From: Pirellulales bacterium
GTDB lineage: Bacteria > Planctomycetota > Planctomycetia > Pirellulales > JADZDJ01
Assembly: GCA_963716135.1 (NCBI GenBank)
Contig: OY970289.1
Span: 2,167,462-2,231,461, forward strand
Direction of reading: 5' to 3'
DNA: 64,000 nucleotides
Shown: in pieces, positions 30,627 to 41,295 of the stretch
Position numbering within the stretch: position 1 is the stretch's first letter
Layout: every line of letters begins with the position of its first letter
Position numbers and translations under genes: made by a program
Notes under the pieces: generated by a model
The model's input: only the letters and a program-made list of their open reading frames with translations
Told to the model about the DNA's origin: nothing
Databases searched by the model: none

Positions 30627-31343
30627 TCATTGAGGGCCGGGCCAGGGACTATCGGGAACTTTCCAAACAATATCGGGGCGATCGGGAATGCCAATGCTGC
30701 CGCAGCCGACGTAATCGGCGCTATACGCTTTCAAGTGGCCATCCAAAAAAGCCAGGTTCACCATCCCCGCGTGCCGCGCGACCGGGCTGTATTTCTGATC
30801 CGAAGGGAGCAGGGAGCATTGCGTGCCGATGCCTTCCGTCATGAACACCATGGTCTTGCGCGAGCCGACGCGGTCGATGTGGTCCGGCTTGGCGCCCTTG
30901 GGCGTCGAAAGCCACATGTTCATGCCGTAGGCAAAGTATTCCGGCAGGCCTTCGTCGCGCTGGATGGCGTCGGTTAGATCGGGACACATCCACACGCCGC
31001 CGGCGCCCGGGTGCGGCGGCTGATTGGATTGGATCAGGGTATTCAGCGGCGCCTCGTGCAGGAACGCCGGCAAAGCGTTGAACCAATCGCTGGAGCGGGA
31101 AAACGAAACGGTGGGATAGCTGACGCCCTGGCCGCGTCGCGGAAGATAGCCGTAGTGCGCCGAGGCAAACTCCTGGACCGCCAGGGCCCATTGGCGCAGG
31201 TTCGACTGGCACGCCATGCGCCGTGCCGCGGCCCGAGACTGCTGGATCGCCGTCAAAAGGAGCGAAATCAAGATCGCCATGATCGTGACGGCGACCAGCA
31301 GTTCAATTACAGTGAAGCCGGCGGATTTTCGGGCCGAAGTCAT
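30627..31343 (-). CDS. DUF1559 / H-X9-DG protein with prepilin-type N-terminal cleavage/methylation domain
   Basis: ORF 30627-31589(-), starting at Met83 (ATG 31343). [30 protein letters not shown] is a pseudopilin-type N-terminus. The C-terminal [13 protein letters not shown] is an exact H-X9-DG motif. Confidence 0.85.
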   Translation of the reverse strand: MTSARKSAGFTVIELLVAVTIMAILISLLLTAIQQSRAAARRMACQSNLRQWALAVQEFASAHYGYLPRRGQGVSYPTVSFSRSSDWFNALPAFLHEAPLNTLIQSNQPPHPGAGGVWMCPDLTDAIQRDEGLPEYFAYGMNMWLSTPKGAKPDHIDRVGSRKTMVFMTEGIGTQCSLLPSDQKYSPVARHAGMVNLAFLDGHLKAYSADYVGCGSIGIPDRPDIVWKVPDSPWPGPQ

Positions 31344-31410
31344 CAAGGGGACCGTTATGCACGCTTGGATATAGCGCTCCGAATTTACCCCATTCACGCT
31401 CGGTGTCAAC

Positions 31411-32495
31411 ATGGCCAAAGCCACCTGGGAAAAAGACTGGACCGTCGGTTTGAGAGCCTGGATCGAACGCCGCGGCCAGGCCGTGATGGGGCAGGGGAGG
31501 GCGGAATTGCTCGAGGCCATCGGCCAGCGGCGCAGCATCACCGCCGCCGCCAAAGCCGCGGGCATGTCGTACCGCCGGGCCTGGAACATGATCCAGGAAG
31601 TGAACCAAGCTGCGGGGGAACCCTTGGTCGAAGCCGCCGTGGGGGGCGTGAAAGGGGGCGGCGCAACTCACCGAGCGCGGCCGCTTCGCCGTGGACGTCT
31701 ATCGCCAGCTTTACGCCGCGCTGCACGATAGCGCCGCCGGCGTGCTGCGCCGCATCATCAACCCCAGCGAGGACGCGCTCCCCTGCATCCATCTGGCGGC
31801 GGCGATCAGCCTGCAGGAAGTGATCGGCCAACTGCTGGCGGAATATGCGCTGGTGCGCCCGGCGGTTCGGATCCGCGCGGTGTATGGGGCCTCGAATGAG
31901 CTGGCCGCCCATTTGCTGGCCGGCGCCGGGCGATCTGTTCCTATCAGCCGAGGTGTCGGTGATCGATCGCTTGGATGCGGCGGGGATGCTCATTGCGCGA
32001 TCGCGCCGCATCGTTGCCGCCAATAGCCTGGTGGCAATTGGGCAGCAGGCAAATCGCAATGTGCGCAAGCCGGCCGACCTGTTGAAAGCAAACATCCGCC
32101 ACGTCGCCTTGGCCGAGCCGGCCTGTCCGCTAGGCAAGTACTCGAGAGAATATTTGCGATCCATCGGCATCTACGATGCGCTTTTGCCCAAGGTGATGCA
32201 CGTGGACAATTCGCGAGCGGTGCCGGCGGCCGTGGCATCGGGCGCGGCGGAGGCCGGCGTGGCCTTCGCCAGCGATGCCGCGCGAGCCGACGGCTGCCAG
32301 GTGCTGTTCCATGTGCCGCCGTCGCAATCGAGCGCCGAGTATGTGGCGGCAATTCTCCGCAGCGGACAGCAATTAACCGAATCGCGATTGCTGCTGGAGT
32401 ACATCACTTCGCCCGGTGCGGCAAAAGTGTTCCGTCGCTGCGGATTCCAAGCGGCCAAAGGGGCGCACAGACTTGGAAAAGCTCGCGCGCAGTAA
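31411..32495 (+). CDS. ModE-type wHTH fused to a ModA-like molybdate/tungstate periplasmic-binding-protein domain; frame broken twice
   Basis: ORF 31411-31731(+) reads ...[57 protein letters not shown], which is ModE N-terminal-like. It continues as [17 protein letters not shown]... in ORF 31691-32026(+) and as ...[21 protein letters not shown]...[18 protein letters not shown]...AGVAFASDA... in ORF 31845-32495(+). Junctions are near 31655 (G-run) and 31925. Confidence 0.65.
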
Positions 32496-32523
32496 GCCAA
32501 TACCAGCACCCGGATTTCCAGTT

Positions 32524-33348
32524 TTATTTGGCTGGAACCTGAGGCGGTGCCGGTTGGTCCTTGATTGGCGCAGGTTGATCTTTTGCCGGGGCCGATGGGC
32601 TGGTCGGGGTGGCAGCCGTTTCTTCCGGCGTGCCGCTCGTCTGGTTTTGAGTTTCGGCGCCGGCGGACGAGGTTTCCGTGGTCGGGAACAGAACTGCGTT
32701 CAAGCGCGGCAGGAACTCCCTTAAAAACTCCTTGCAGGGGCTGTCTTCCGGCTGTTCACGTTCCCCGGTCTTCAGCGGCGCGATGGCGTAGATTTTGTAG
32801 ACGGCGGGGGATCGGCCCAAAGTCAGGCGTGCGAAATTCGGCGCGACCCATTCGCCGTCGTCGCTAAAGCTCCAGAAAATGCGCAGGCTTTGTTGGCCTT
32901 CCGCTTCGGAGCCGGCCTTATAGCGATTGGTCCAAAAGAAGGCGACATCCTTGCCATATTCCTTGCCGAAGTCGATCGGGAATTTTCGCGCTTCGTCGTC
33001 TTCCTTGAATCCGCTGGCTTTGTAGCAGCGTTCGGGCGTGTGGATTGTCACATCCTGCGGATGACCGCAGACGATGAAGATTTCGACCTTCTTTTCGGGA
33101 TCGAAACGATTGCGAAACACCCGCGAGTAGCTGCCGGTGGCCGCCGAGGCTTCCAGTTCGCGCTGATCGACTTTGGCTGGCTCGCTTTGCCAATCGCCAA
33201 ATTCCAGCGGAACTTTGGTCAGGCGATGGGCGAAATCGATTTGTTCCTTGCTGGGCTCCCGCGTTTGCCAGGTAAGCCTCTTGTACGGAAACGTCTGCAG
33301 GACGAGCAACACGACGACCGCAGCGGCGGGAATCCAAAAGTTTCTCAT
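32524..33348 (-). CDS. exosortase-associated EpsI-family protein with a Pro/Thr-rich C-terminal tail
   Basis: ORF 32524-33348(-) has an N-terminal TM helix (MRNFWIPAAAVVVLLVL), then ...VPLEFGDWQSEP...FIVCGHPQDVTIHTPERCY.... It lies two genes from the exosortase. The family call rests on context plus general similarity. Confidence 0.65.
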   Translation of the reverse strand: MRNFWIPAAAVVVLLVLQTFPYKRLTWQTREPSKEQIDFAHRLTKVPLEFGDWQSEPAKVDQRELEASAATGSYSRVFRNRFDPEKKVEIFIVCGHPQDVTIHTPERCYKASGFKEDDEARKFPIDFGKEYGKDVAFFWTNRYKAGSEAEGQQSLRIFWSFSDDGEWVAPNFARLTLGRSPAVYKIYAIAPLKTGEREQPEDSPCKEFLREFLPRLNAVLFPTTETSSAGAETQNQTSGTPEETAATPTSPSAPAKDQPAPIKDQPAPPQVPAK

Positions 33349-33399
33349 GATAAACCGTTGTATGGGCTAGAAGCTGTGCAAAATTTGGCGTGGCGGCAA

Positions 33400-35716
33400 T
33401 CAGGCCGACGCGGGCAAGGCGTACGCAGGGCGGCGACTGGTTTCTGTAATTCCATTAACGACCGCCCCTAGCACGCGAATGCCCACCGATTCCATCCGTT
33501 CGCGCACGTCATTGACTTTGTGGATTCGGCTGACGTCGCGGCGAACGCTGAGCACCGCGGCGTCCACTTGCCCGCCGATCAGCAGCGTGTCGGCATAGGT
33601 CAATACCGGTGCTGCGTCGATGACAACGAAGTCGAACTGTTCCCGCGCTTTGAGCAGGACGTCTGCGAGGATGCCCTTCGACAAGGCGGCAATGGCGGTG
33701 TAATCGCATTGACCAGCGGAAATAAACATGAGCCCATCAACGGGAGTCGGTTGCAAGGTGGTGGAGAATTCGACATCGCCACGGAGCGCTTCGCTCAATC
33801 CTGGATCAGCGGCGGCTCCGAACACCAAGTGAACGGTAGGCGAGCGGAGATCGCCATCGATCAAAAGAGTTCGACGGCCCGAGCACGCCAGGCTTGCGGC
33901 CAGATGCGAGGCCACGGTGGTTTTTCCTTCCCGATCGCCGGCGCTGGTGATCAATATGATCTGTGGCACCACTTCGCGCGACTGCTGCAAGAGCATGGTG
34001 CGAATGCTGTCCAGCGATTCGGCCAGCACTCCTTGCAACACGCCGGATTGGCTGAGCCTTTTTGACATGGAAGAGATGCTGGGCACGGTGCCGAGGACCC
34101 GCAGCCCTGCTTTGGATCCGACCTCGCTGGTGGTGTTCAAGCGATGTGCTTGATACTCCACTGCCATTACGGCGCCGGCGCCCAACGACAATCCCACGAT
34201 GCCGGCGAACATGGTAAGCACATATCTCAGCACAGGGTTAGTACCCTCGGGCACAGAAGCGTCCTGCAAGGAAATGACGCGTTGCGGCAGGGAGAGCTCC
34301 AGCTTGAGGCGATCCAATTCCGCCGACCAGTGCGTGGCGTTGTTTTCCAACTGCTTAATTTCTTCCATCAGCGACATGTGCTGTGAATTCTCATTGGTCA
34401 GGTCGGTTGCCTTCTTCATGGCGTCCTTATATTGGGCTTCGGCATCTTGGAGCGATTTCAATTGAACGGTTTCCAGCGCCTCGAACTTTTGAATTTCCGC
34501 GGCGCCACTGCCCATTTCATCCTGAAGTTGCTGGATGATGCCCGGGCGCAGTTCGGCTCGTCGCTCGTCGAGCTGTTTTTGCAGACCCTCGATCAGCGAC
34601 TGATAGCGCTGCGCGGTCGGATCGCGCATGCCACGTTTGGTTTGCGTCAGATGCTGCGAAAGCCCTTGCTTGTACTGGTCGATTTGCTGATTAAGAGCGC
34701 CGAGGGTTGGATCGCGCCAGAGCCAAATCGACAAGGTGCTCCGACGGGCCGTTCGACGTGGAGTCATGCTCCTTAAGCATGGCGATTTTCGCCCGAGTAG
34801 CTGACAGATCCGCCTGGATCGTCATCGTTCTGCGTAGCAGTTCGCTGCTACGCTCCATCAAGGACGCGCGTTGAATTTTGACTTGCTCCAAGTCGGGAGC
34901 GTTGTATTGCCGGAGGAGTTTATCCAGCAATTCGCGCTTTTTGCCCATCTGATCCATTGTTTCCTTGTAGCTGGTTTCCACCAGTTCACGACTGCGAAGT
35001 TTGTTGTAGTAATCGGCCTGAACGATATGCTCCAGATACGATTGCTTGACGGCATTGACGATCTTGACCAATTGTTGGGCGTCTTTACCGCGCATTTTGA
35101 TTTGCAATAGCTCTTGATCCATGGGGGCCACGACCGCCAATTCATCTTCCAGGTATTTTTGCGGTTCGCGTTTGTCGCGCAAGACCGGCAATTCGGCGAT
35201 GCCGGGCAATTCCAAGGCGGCGCGCAAAACGAGCGGGCTTTTGATCAAGGCGGCTTGAGTTTTGCGGAATTGATCGTATTCGCCTGCATTTCGGTTGAGA
35301 GGCCCGCCGCCGATGTTTTGTGGATCGCCCACATGCAACCAGGCTGCCACTTCATACGGATCCGGGGCGATCAACCAAACTACGATCGCCAAAGGCACCC
35401 CCATCATCAGCCCGGCGCAAAGTGCCAACAGCCATCGCCGCCGCAGCGCGTGCAGCAATTGGGCGAGGTTGACACCACCGGGTTCGGCTTCGAAATAAGG
35501 CGCTCCGGTGGATGGAATTGCATAAGGGCTAAGCCCGTGGGCTTCGTTCTCCCGCACCATCAAGGCATGATGGCTGTTGCGGACGTCGTCGCTGCCGGCG
35601 CCGCCATTTAGCGATTCGATATTTTCTGCTGGGGACTGGTTCACGACACTGCCTCTTCTTCCAAATGTTCCAACGCTCAATACACTTAGCAGCGCCCCCG
35701 AGTAGCAACGTTCCAA
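33400..35716 (-). CDS. polysaccharide chain-length determinant (GumC/Wzz-like) fused to a P-loop BY-kinase-like ATPase (EpsF/EpsG-like); frame broken once
   Basis: ORF 34691-35716(-) carries a TM helix and the Wzz-like segment (...LLALCAGLMMGVPLAIVVWLIAP...FRKTQAALIKSPLVL...). ORF 33400-34767(-) carries a coiled coil, a second TM helix, Walker A ITSAGDREGKTTVASHLA, A' LLIDGDLRSP and B FVVIDAAPV. The junction is near 34715. The start codon is uncertain. Confidence 0.8.
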
Positions 35717-35719
35717 CGC

Positions 35720-36670
35720 CTACCGGATTTGCGTGGGCGAGGTAGTACGTTGAGCCACGGGCGCTTTCCCGAAACCCACCATCACGGGCACCGCCGAACT
35801 TTCTTCTACGAGGATATGTTCAAGGATTTGCATCTCCACATACAGGAACACAAACGCCAGCGGCATCATGAACCAGCCTGCCAAATCGTGGAAAAAATGC
35901 TTTGCGATTTCCGACTCTTGACCGAGCAACAAATACAATAGCGCGGTAATCACGATTCGAATGAGATTGACCAGCAAGGCGATCGGAATGGCGCTTACAA
36001 TTACGACCGCATTCTGCCACCAGGGGCGTTCGGTGATCATGGTCATCGCGACCGCCATTGCCAGAAAGATGGTGCACATTCGCAATCCGCTGCATTGTTC
36101 TTCGATGTTCAGCGGAAAGCCTTCGCCGATGATCAGGCGATTACCGATGTAGTACGAATCGACACCCAGCGTCTGCAGGGTATAGCTGCTGAAGACGGTT
36201 GCCGCATGTTGCAACGGCGCGAGGAACATGTCTGCGACGTGCTCGGGCAGCGGCATCATGAAGATCAGAAATGCCAAAGGCGCGGCGGACCATCGGAGCA
36301 TCGACCAACCGCCGGCGACCGTGAAAATTCCCATCATCACGGGGATGATCGCCCACATTTCCACGACGCCATTGTGGATATATGCTCCCAGCAACCGCAT
36401 CGCCAGGCCACCAGCAATGATTCCCACTCCGCTCCATCGCGCTAACGTCGAGACCGGTTGAAAGGGCTGCCGCCGCATCACCAGCAGCGCGATGGTAAAG
36501 ATGGGGACAAGATAGCCGTGGGAATATTGCGGATTTCGCCAGATTCCAATCAAGCCATCGATGGTGCTCCAGAAGGTCCAGATCATGACCGCCGTCAAAG
36601 CGACGATCAAATACCAAGGTGTTTTTTGGTCCACTTCCTTCTGCGACTGAGCCACTAAGCTAGATGACAT
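35720..36670 (-). CDS. exosortase (PEP-CTERM protein-sorting transpeptidase family)
   Basis: ORF 35720-36694(-), ATG at 36670 (alternative TTG at 36694). It is a polytopic membrane protein of about 8 TM helices carrying the conserved catalytic-Cys motif EEQCSGLRMCTIFLAMAV. Confidence 0.85.
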   Translation of the reverse strand: MSSSLVAQSQKEVDQKTPWYLIVALTAVMIWTFWSTIDGLIGIWRNPQYSHGYLVPIFTIALLVMRRQPFQPVSTLARWSGVGIIAGGLAMRLLGAYIHNGVVEMWAIIPVMMGIFTVAGGWSMLRWSAAPLAFLIFMMPLPEHVADMFLAPLQHAATVFSSYTLQTLGVDSYYIGNRLIIGEGFPLNIEEQCSGLRMCTIFLAMAVAMTMITERPWWQNAVVIVSAIPIALLVNLIRIVITALLYLLLGQESEIAKHFFHDLAGWFMMPLAFVFLYVEMQILEHILVEESSAVPVMVGFGKAPVAQRTTSPTQIR

Positions 36671-37284
36671 AGTAATCTTGCCGATGGAGGTCAAGGGAAC
36701 AGGCTGGCGGTGTCAAACCATCCACGAGTACAGCGTCGGCCTCGGCCGCAAAATGCGGGAAAGCGATTAGATGGCCTTGACCGCTGTTCGAGCCGACGGC
36801 GGGTTCTTCAAGGCGTGGTTACCCCTCTCCTACCCGATACTTCACGATAAACGGCGCGCCTGAAGTTGTCAAACTACCGCCAGTTCCCGCAAATGCTACG
36901 CAGCAGACACCCGGTTAGATCGCGTCATTTCGAAGCTTTTGTGGACAAATTGAAACATTAAGTCGGAACGACTGCCATAAAACGGACGAGTCAAACGCGC
37001 ACAACTGGACTCGCCTGGCCGCGCCGGAATTTCCGCGGAGCTGATGTCTGAGTTTTGGGCGTAATTTGGCTGGATGGAAAGTGTGTACAGTGCAGCGGAG
37101 CGGTCTTCTCCACGGCCGTCTGGCTCAGCCGGATGCTGGCAAGGCAGCTTTTCTGGGCAAGTCTGTGTCAAAGTTTGCCGATTATTCAAGGGATAGGGTC
37201 TGCGCAGAGATTTCAGGCGCATTGGCGCATTGGATCTCGGCCAGGTAAGCCACGGATAGTGATAATTTGAGCGCTTTGGAGAAT

Positions 37285-38388
37285 ATGGGAACAAGGACGG
37301 TCACCCACTGCTGCTTGCATTTGGGCCCCCTGCCACAACGGAAGTGGCGGCCGCTGGCGGCGCTGACGCTGGCGCTTTTGATCGCGGCGCCGGGCTGCCG
37401 CACTTGGGCCGGCCTGCGTCCCGTGCCGGCCAAGGCGGTCGGCGCCCAGCCGCGCTATGTTCCCAGTGAAAAAAACATGGTTTCGCTCCCCCCTTATGTG
37501 ATCGAGCCGCCGGATATCCTCTTGGTCGATGCCTTGCGGGTGATTCCCAAGGCGCCTTTTAAAATCCAGCCTCTGGATGTGCTGTCGGTGCAGGTGGAAG
37601 GGACCGGCGCCTATCAGCCCATCAGCGGACTGTTTTTGATCGAGCCCTCCGGCATGCTCAACCTGGGTCCGGCTTACGGCAAGGTGAAAGTCGGCGAGCT
37701 GTCGCTGGAAGAGGCCACCGAAGCGGTCACCAAACACCTCAAACGCATTTTGAAAGAGCCGCAGGTGTCGCTGACTTTGAGTGAATCCGGCGGCCAGCAG
37801 CAGGTGGCCGGCGAGCACCTGGTGGGACCCGATGGCACCATCAACCTGGGCACCTATGGCCTGGTGTATGTGGCCGGCATGACGATCGAAGAGGCCAGAA
37901 GCGCCATCCAGGAGCACTTGAAACAGTTCCTGGAGTCGCCGTTGATCTCGGTGGACGTGTACGCCTACAACAGCAAGGTGTACTACGTGATCACCGAAGG
38001 GGCCGGCTTTGGCGACAACATTCAGCGCTTCCCGATCACGGGCAACGAAACGGTGCTGGACGCGGTGAGCCTGGTCAACGGCTTGAGCCGCTTGTCGAGC
38101 AAGAACATTTGGATTGCGCCGCCCTCGCCTTCCGGCTGCGATCAGATTCTGCCGGTGCGCTGGGATGAGATCGCCAAAGGGGCCGGCACCTGCACCAACT
38201 ACCAGGTGTTGCCCGGCGATCGCATCTTCATCTCGCAGGATCACCTGATCGCCTTGGATTCGTTCATCTCCAAGGTGCTCAACCCGCTGGAACGGGCCTT
38301 CGGCACCAGCTTGCTGGGCATGCAAACAATCCAAACTGCCCAAAGCTTCCCGGGTGGCACAAACAACACGAGAAATCCAGGACCTTAA
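37285..38388 (+). CDS. polysaccharide export protein (Wza-like; Poly_export plus SLBB), lipoprotein
   Basis: ORF 37267-38388(+), ATG at 37285. Lipobox LLIAAPGC. ...YVIEPPDILLVDALRVIPKAPFKIQPLDVLSVQV...GMLNLGPAYGKVKVGELSLEEATEAVTKHL...INLGTYGLVYVAGMTIEEARSAIQEHL... It is divergent from the exosortase gene. Confidence 0.8.
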   Translation: MGTRTVTHCCLHLGPLPQRKWRPLAALTLALLIAAPGCRTWAGLRPVPAKAVGAQPRYVPSEKNMVSLPPYVIEPPDILLVDALRVIPKAPFKIQPLDVLSVQVEGTGAYQPISGLFLIEPSGMLNLGPAYGKVKVGELSLEEATEAVTKHLKRILKEPQVSLTLSESGGQQQVAGEHLVGPDGTINLGTYGLVYVAGMTIEEARSAIQEHLKQFLESPLISVDVYAYNSKVYYVITEGAGFGDNIQRFPITGNETVLDAVSLVNGLSRLSSKNIWIAPPSPSGCDQILPVRWDEIAKGAGTCTNYQVLPGDRIFISQDHLIALDSFISKVLNPLERAFGTSLLGMQTIQTAQSFPGGTNNTRNPGP

Positions 38389-38456
38389 CGTAGGCCAGAC
38401 TTAGAAGCAAGAAATCGAAATATTGCAAGAGCCGCAAGCGCATGAGGTGCTGTACT

Positions 38457-39522
38457 ATGTCACACAATGCCACTAGTCGCACAATAATTTGGCTAAGCGT
38501 GCTGTCCGTCGTCGCGACGGCAAGCATGACGTGTTTCGCCCAATGGGGAACCAATGCGTCGCCTTACAGCGAGTGCTGTCCGTGCGTACCTGCGCGGCCG
38601 TGGGGATATTGTCAGACGCGCTGGCATCGTTGGCCCGGAGTGATGTCTGGGGGCATGCCGGTTCAAGCACCGTTGCGCGGTGAAGGGATTTCACCGCCGC
38701 AAACTGAACTGCCAAGCCCCGGCAGCGAAGGGGAGTCGAAAACGAATGTCCCCTCGACTGAGATTCCGAGCGAAACGCGTCCTGCAGCCGGCCCGTCGCA
38801 GGCGCCGTCCAACCCATTCCAGCCCGCTCCAAGCGAACAACCAGTGGAGCCTGCGCCGCAACAAGCGCCTGAGATCGGCGCGCCGGGAGCAAACGAACCC
38901 GGCGCGACTGAGCCGGGCGCTACGCCGCCAGGCACAACCGGGCCGGGGATGGAAATGCCGGGGACCGAACCACCCACGGAATCGCCAGCTCCATCGGATA
39001 CTAACCAGCCTGCACCGAGCGAATCGCCAGCGCAACCGAGTAAGGAGGAGTCGAAGCCGAGCGAAGACTCCCAACCTGGCCCTGCTGCCGAACCACCGCC
39101 TTCGAACTCCGAACCGGGCGCGCAGAACATGTCGCCGGGGTTGCGGCTGCGTCGCGGGGATGGCGGCGGCGCCGGACGTCAAGCACGATTCGGATCCCGC
39201 ACCGGTCATGCCCGTCACACGCAGTACACCGACGCGCGAGTCTGCACCAAGTGGATTTCACGCCAAGGCAAACTCACGCGCAGCGGTTCAGCCTGCCATG
39301 GCGAAAGCTGCGCCGGAACTGATTGCGCCGCAAAATGCGCGACCGATGACGAAAAGTGAATCTACCTCGCAGGCCAAGCAGGCCTCGATCGCCAATCCGC
39401 TTCGCCCAGCGGACGTTTTGCCGGCACGGCCAGCCGTTATGGAAACGGAGACGCTGGGCAACGTTCAGGCGGTGAGCGTGGAGCAGGACAAAGTTGCAGC
39501 GCGGTCCAATCCTTTGCGTTGA
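38457..39522 (+). CDS. secreted low-complexity Pro/Glu/Ser-rich protein with an N-terminal Cys motif; frame probably broken once
   Basis: ORF 38442-39359(+) has a signal peptide (MSHNATSRTIIWLSVLSVVATASMTCFA), then ECCPCVPARPWGYC, then about 170 aa of P/E/S/A/G/T. The C-terminus probably continues in ORF 38680-39522(+) (...APDVKHDSDPAPVMPV...IANPLRPADV...ARSNPLR*). The junction lies at about 39135-39160. Confidence 0.5.
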
Positions 39523-39781
39523 ATTGCCGCGCTGAATTTTACGACGCCAACTGTCGATTTCACGGGCGCGAAAACGCTTTGACCGGTCGGCAACGGCATG
39601 CGACCGGACATCGGACGATTCTTTGCCGCTCCTGGTCTCTTTGAGCTCCGGGAATTAGACTTATAATTGTGTGAGCCCATTTATTGATGGGGCGTGCCTC
39701 GAGCTGGAGCAGTCCAGGGCATGCCATCTGGCCAGGGCGATTTGGTTCCTTCGGGCTATTTAACGGTAGGATTCTGCACCA

Positions 39782-41287
39782 GTGAACCCGCGCCAAGTCG
39801 TCTTAAGCCGAGCGGAAGCTGCTGAATATCCGTCGGCGGCCCCCTTCCATCCCGACGAACAGTTTCCAGAGTATGGCTTCGGGAGCGGTGCGGTTGCGAC
39901 GAGCGAACGGAATGTCGCATATCGAGCAGTTCGTCAGGCATTGCAGTTGAGCGGATGCGACGGCGCGCGATTCGGGACCGCGGATTGGAACCCGCTGGGG
40001 GAATTCATCCGCCCGGGGCAGACTGTGTTGCTCAAGCCGAACCTGGTGAAGGAAACCCATCCGCGCGATCCCAACGGATGGCTGTATACCATCACGCACG
40101 GAAGCATCATTCGCGCCGTGGCGGATTACGCATTCAAAGCGCTTGCCGGGCGGGGCACGGTGGTCGTGGCCGACGCGCCGCAAACCGATTCGAGCTTCGA
40201 CGCCATGGTGCGGCTGCTGGAATTGAATCAGATTCAGGAATTCTATCGGCGGCAGAACTTGGACTTCGAGCTGACCGATCTGCGCAAGGAGCAGTGGACG
40301 TGTGAGGGAGAGGTGATCACCAATCGAAGGAAATTGGCAGGCGATCCGCGGGGATATGTGGCATTCGATTTGGCCGATCGGAGCGAGTTTCATCAGCATG
40401 GCGGCGCCGGGCGGTATTTCGGCGCCGATTACGACGACGGAGAAGTAAACCGGCATCACAGCGGCGGAAAGCACGAGTATCTGCTGGCCGGCACGGCAAT
40501 CAAATGCGATGTGTTCATCAATTTGCCCAAGCTAAAAACGCACAAGAAGGCGGGAATCACCGTCAATCTCAAAAACCTTGTGGGAGTGAACGGCGACAAG
40601 AATTGGCTGCCGCATCACACCGTGGGCACGCCCGTCAATGGAGGCGATCAATTTCCCGCTCCGACACTGAAGCGCAGCATCGAGCACCGCGCGGCGCAGA
40701 TGTTGCGTAAATTGGCGCTAGCAGCGCCCGGCGTGGGTCCTTGGCTCTTGCAGCGCGCTCGCAAAGCCGGCAAGCCGATATTTGGCGACACCTCGAAGGT
40801 GATTCGCAGCGGAAACTGGTTTGGCAACGACACCACGTGGCGGATGTGCTTGGACCTCAATAAATTGGTTCTGTATGGGAATTCGGACGGCACCCTGCGG
40901 CCGCCGGACGCCAAGCAACGCAAAGCTTATCTGTCGTTCGTCGACGGGATCATCAGCGGGCAAGGAGATGGCCCGATGGATCCCGATCCGTTGGAATCCA
41001 AAGTCGTGTTGTTCGGGCTTAGCCCGGCATCGGTCGATGCGGCGGCGGGGATTTTGATGGGATTCGATCTCAAGAAGATTCCGATTGTATGGAACGCATT
41101 TCAGGCGCGCGTTTTCTCGCTGGCAGAGTGGAGCTGGGATGAGATCCAGTGCGTGAGCAACTACGAGCCGTGGAACGTTTCGTTGGCGGAAATGAGCGGC
41201 TCGACGGGGCGATTGGAAGTGAATCCGCACTTTGGCTGGGCCGGTCATATTGAGGCACATCAACCTGCCAGCGCGACCGGGGGGTAG
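39782..41287 (+). CDS. DUF362-domain protein
   Basis: ORF 39782-41287(+), GTG start. ...IRPGQTVLLKPNLVKETHPRDPNGWLYTITHGSIIRAVADYAFKALAGRGTVVVADAPQTDSSF... is the pattern I associate with DUF362. This is similarity from memory, not a search result. Confidence 0.5.
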   Translation: MNPRQVVLSRAEAAEYPSAAPFHPDEQFPEYGFGSGAVATSERNVAYRAVRQALQLSGCDGARFGTADWNPLGEFIRPGQTVLLKPNLVKETHPRDPNGWLYTITHGSIIRAVADYAFKALAGRGTVVVADAPQTDSSFDAMVRLLELNQIQEFYRRQNLDFELTDLRKEQWTCEGEVITNRRKLAGDPRGYVAFDLADRSEFHQHGGAGRYFGADYDDGEVNRHHSGGKHEYLLAGTAIKCDVFINLPKLKTHKKAGITVNLKNLVGVNGDKNWLPHHTVGTPVNGGDQFPAPTLKRSIEHRAAQMLRKLALAAPGVGPWLLQRARKAGKPIFGDTSKVIRSGNWFGNDTTWRMCLDLNKLVLYGNSDGTLRPPDAKQRKAYLSFVDGIISGQGDGPMDPDPLESKVVLFGLSPASVDAAAGILMGFDLKKIPIVWNAFQARVFSLAEWSWDEIQCVSNYEPWNVSLAEMSGSTGRLEVNPHFGWAGHIEAHQPASATGG

Positions 41288-41295
41288 TTCCGCGA

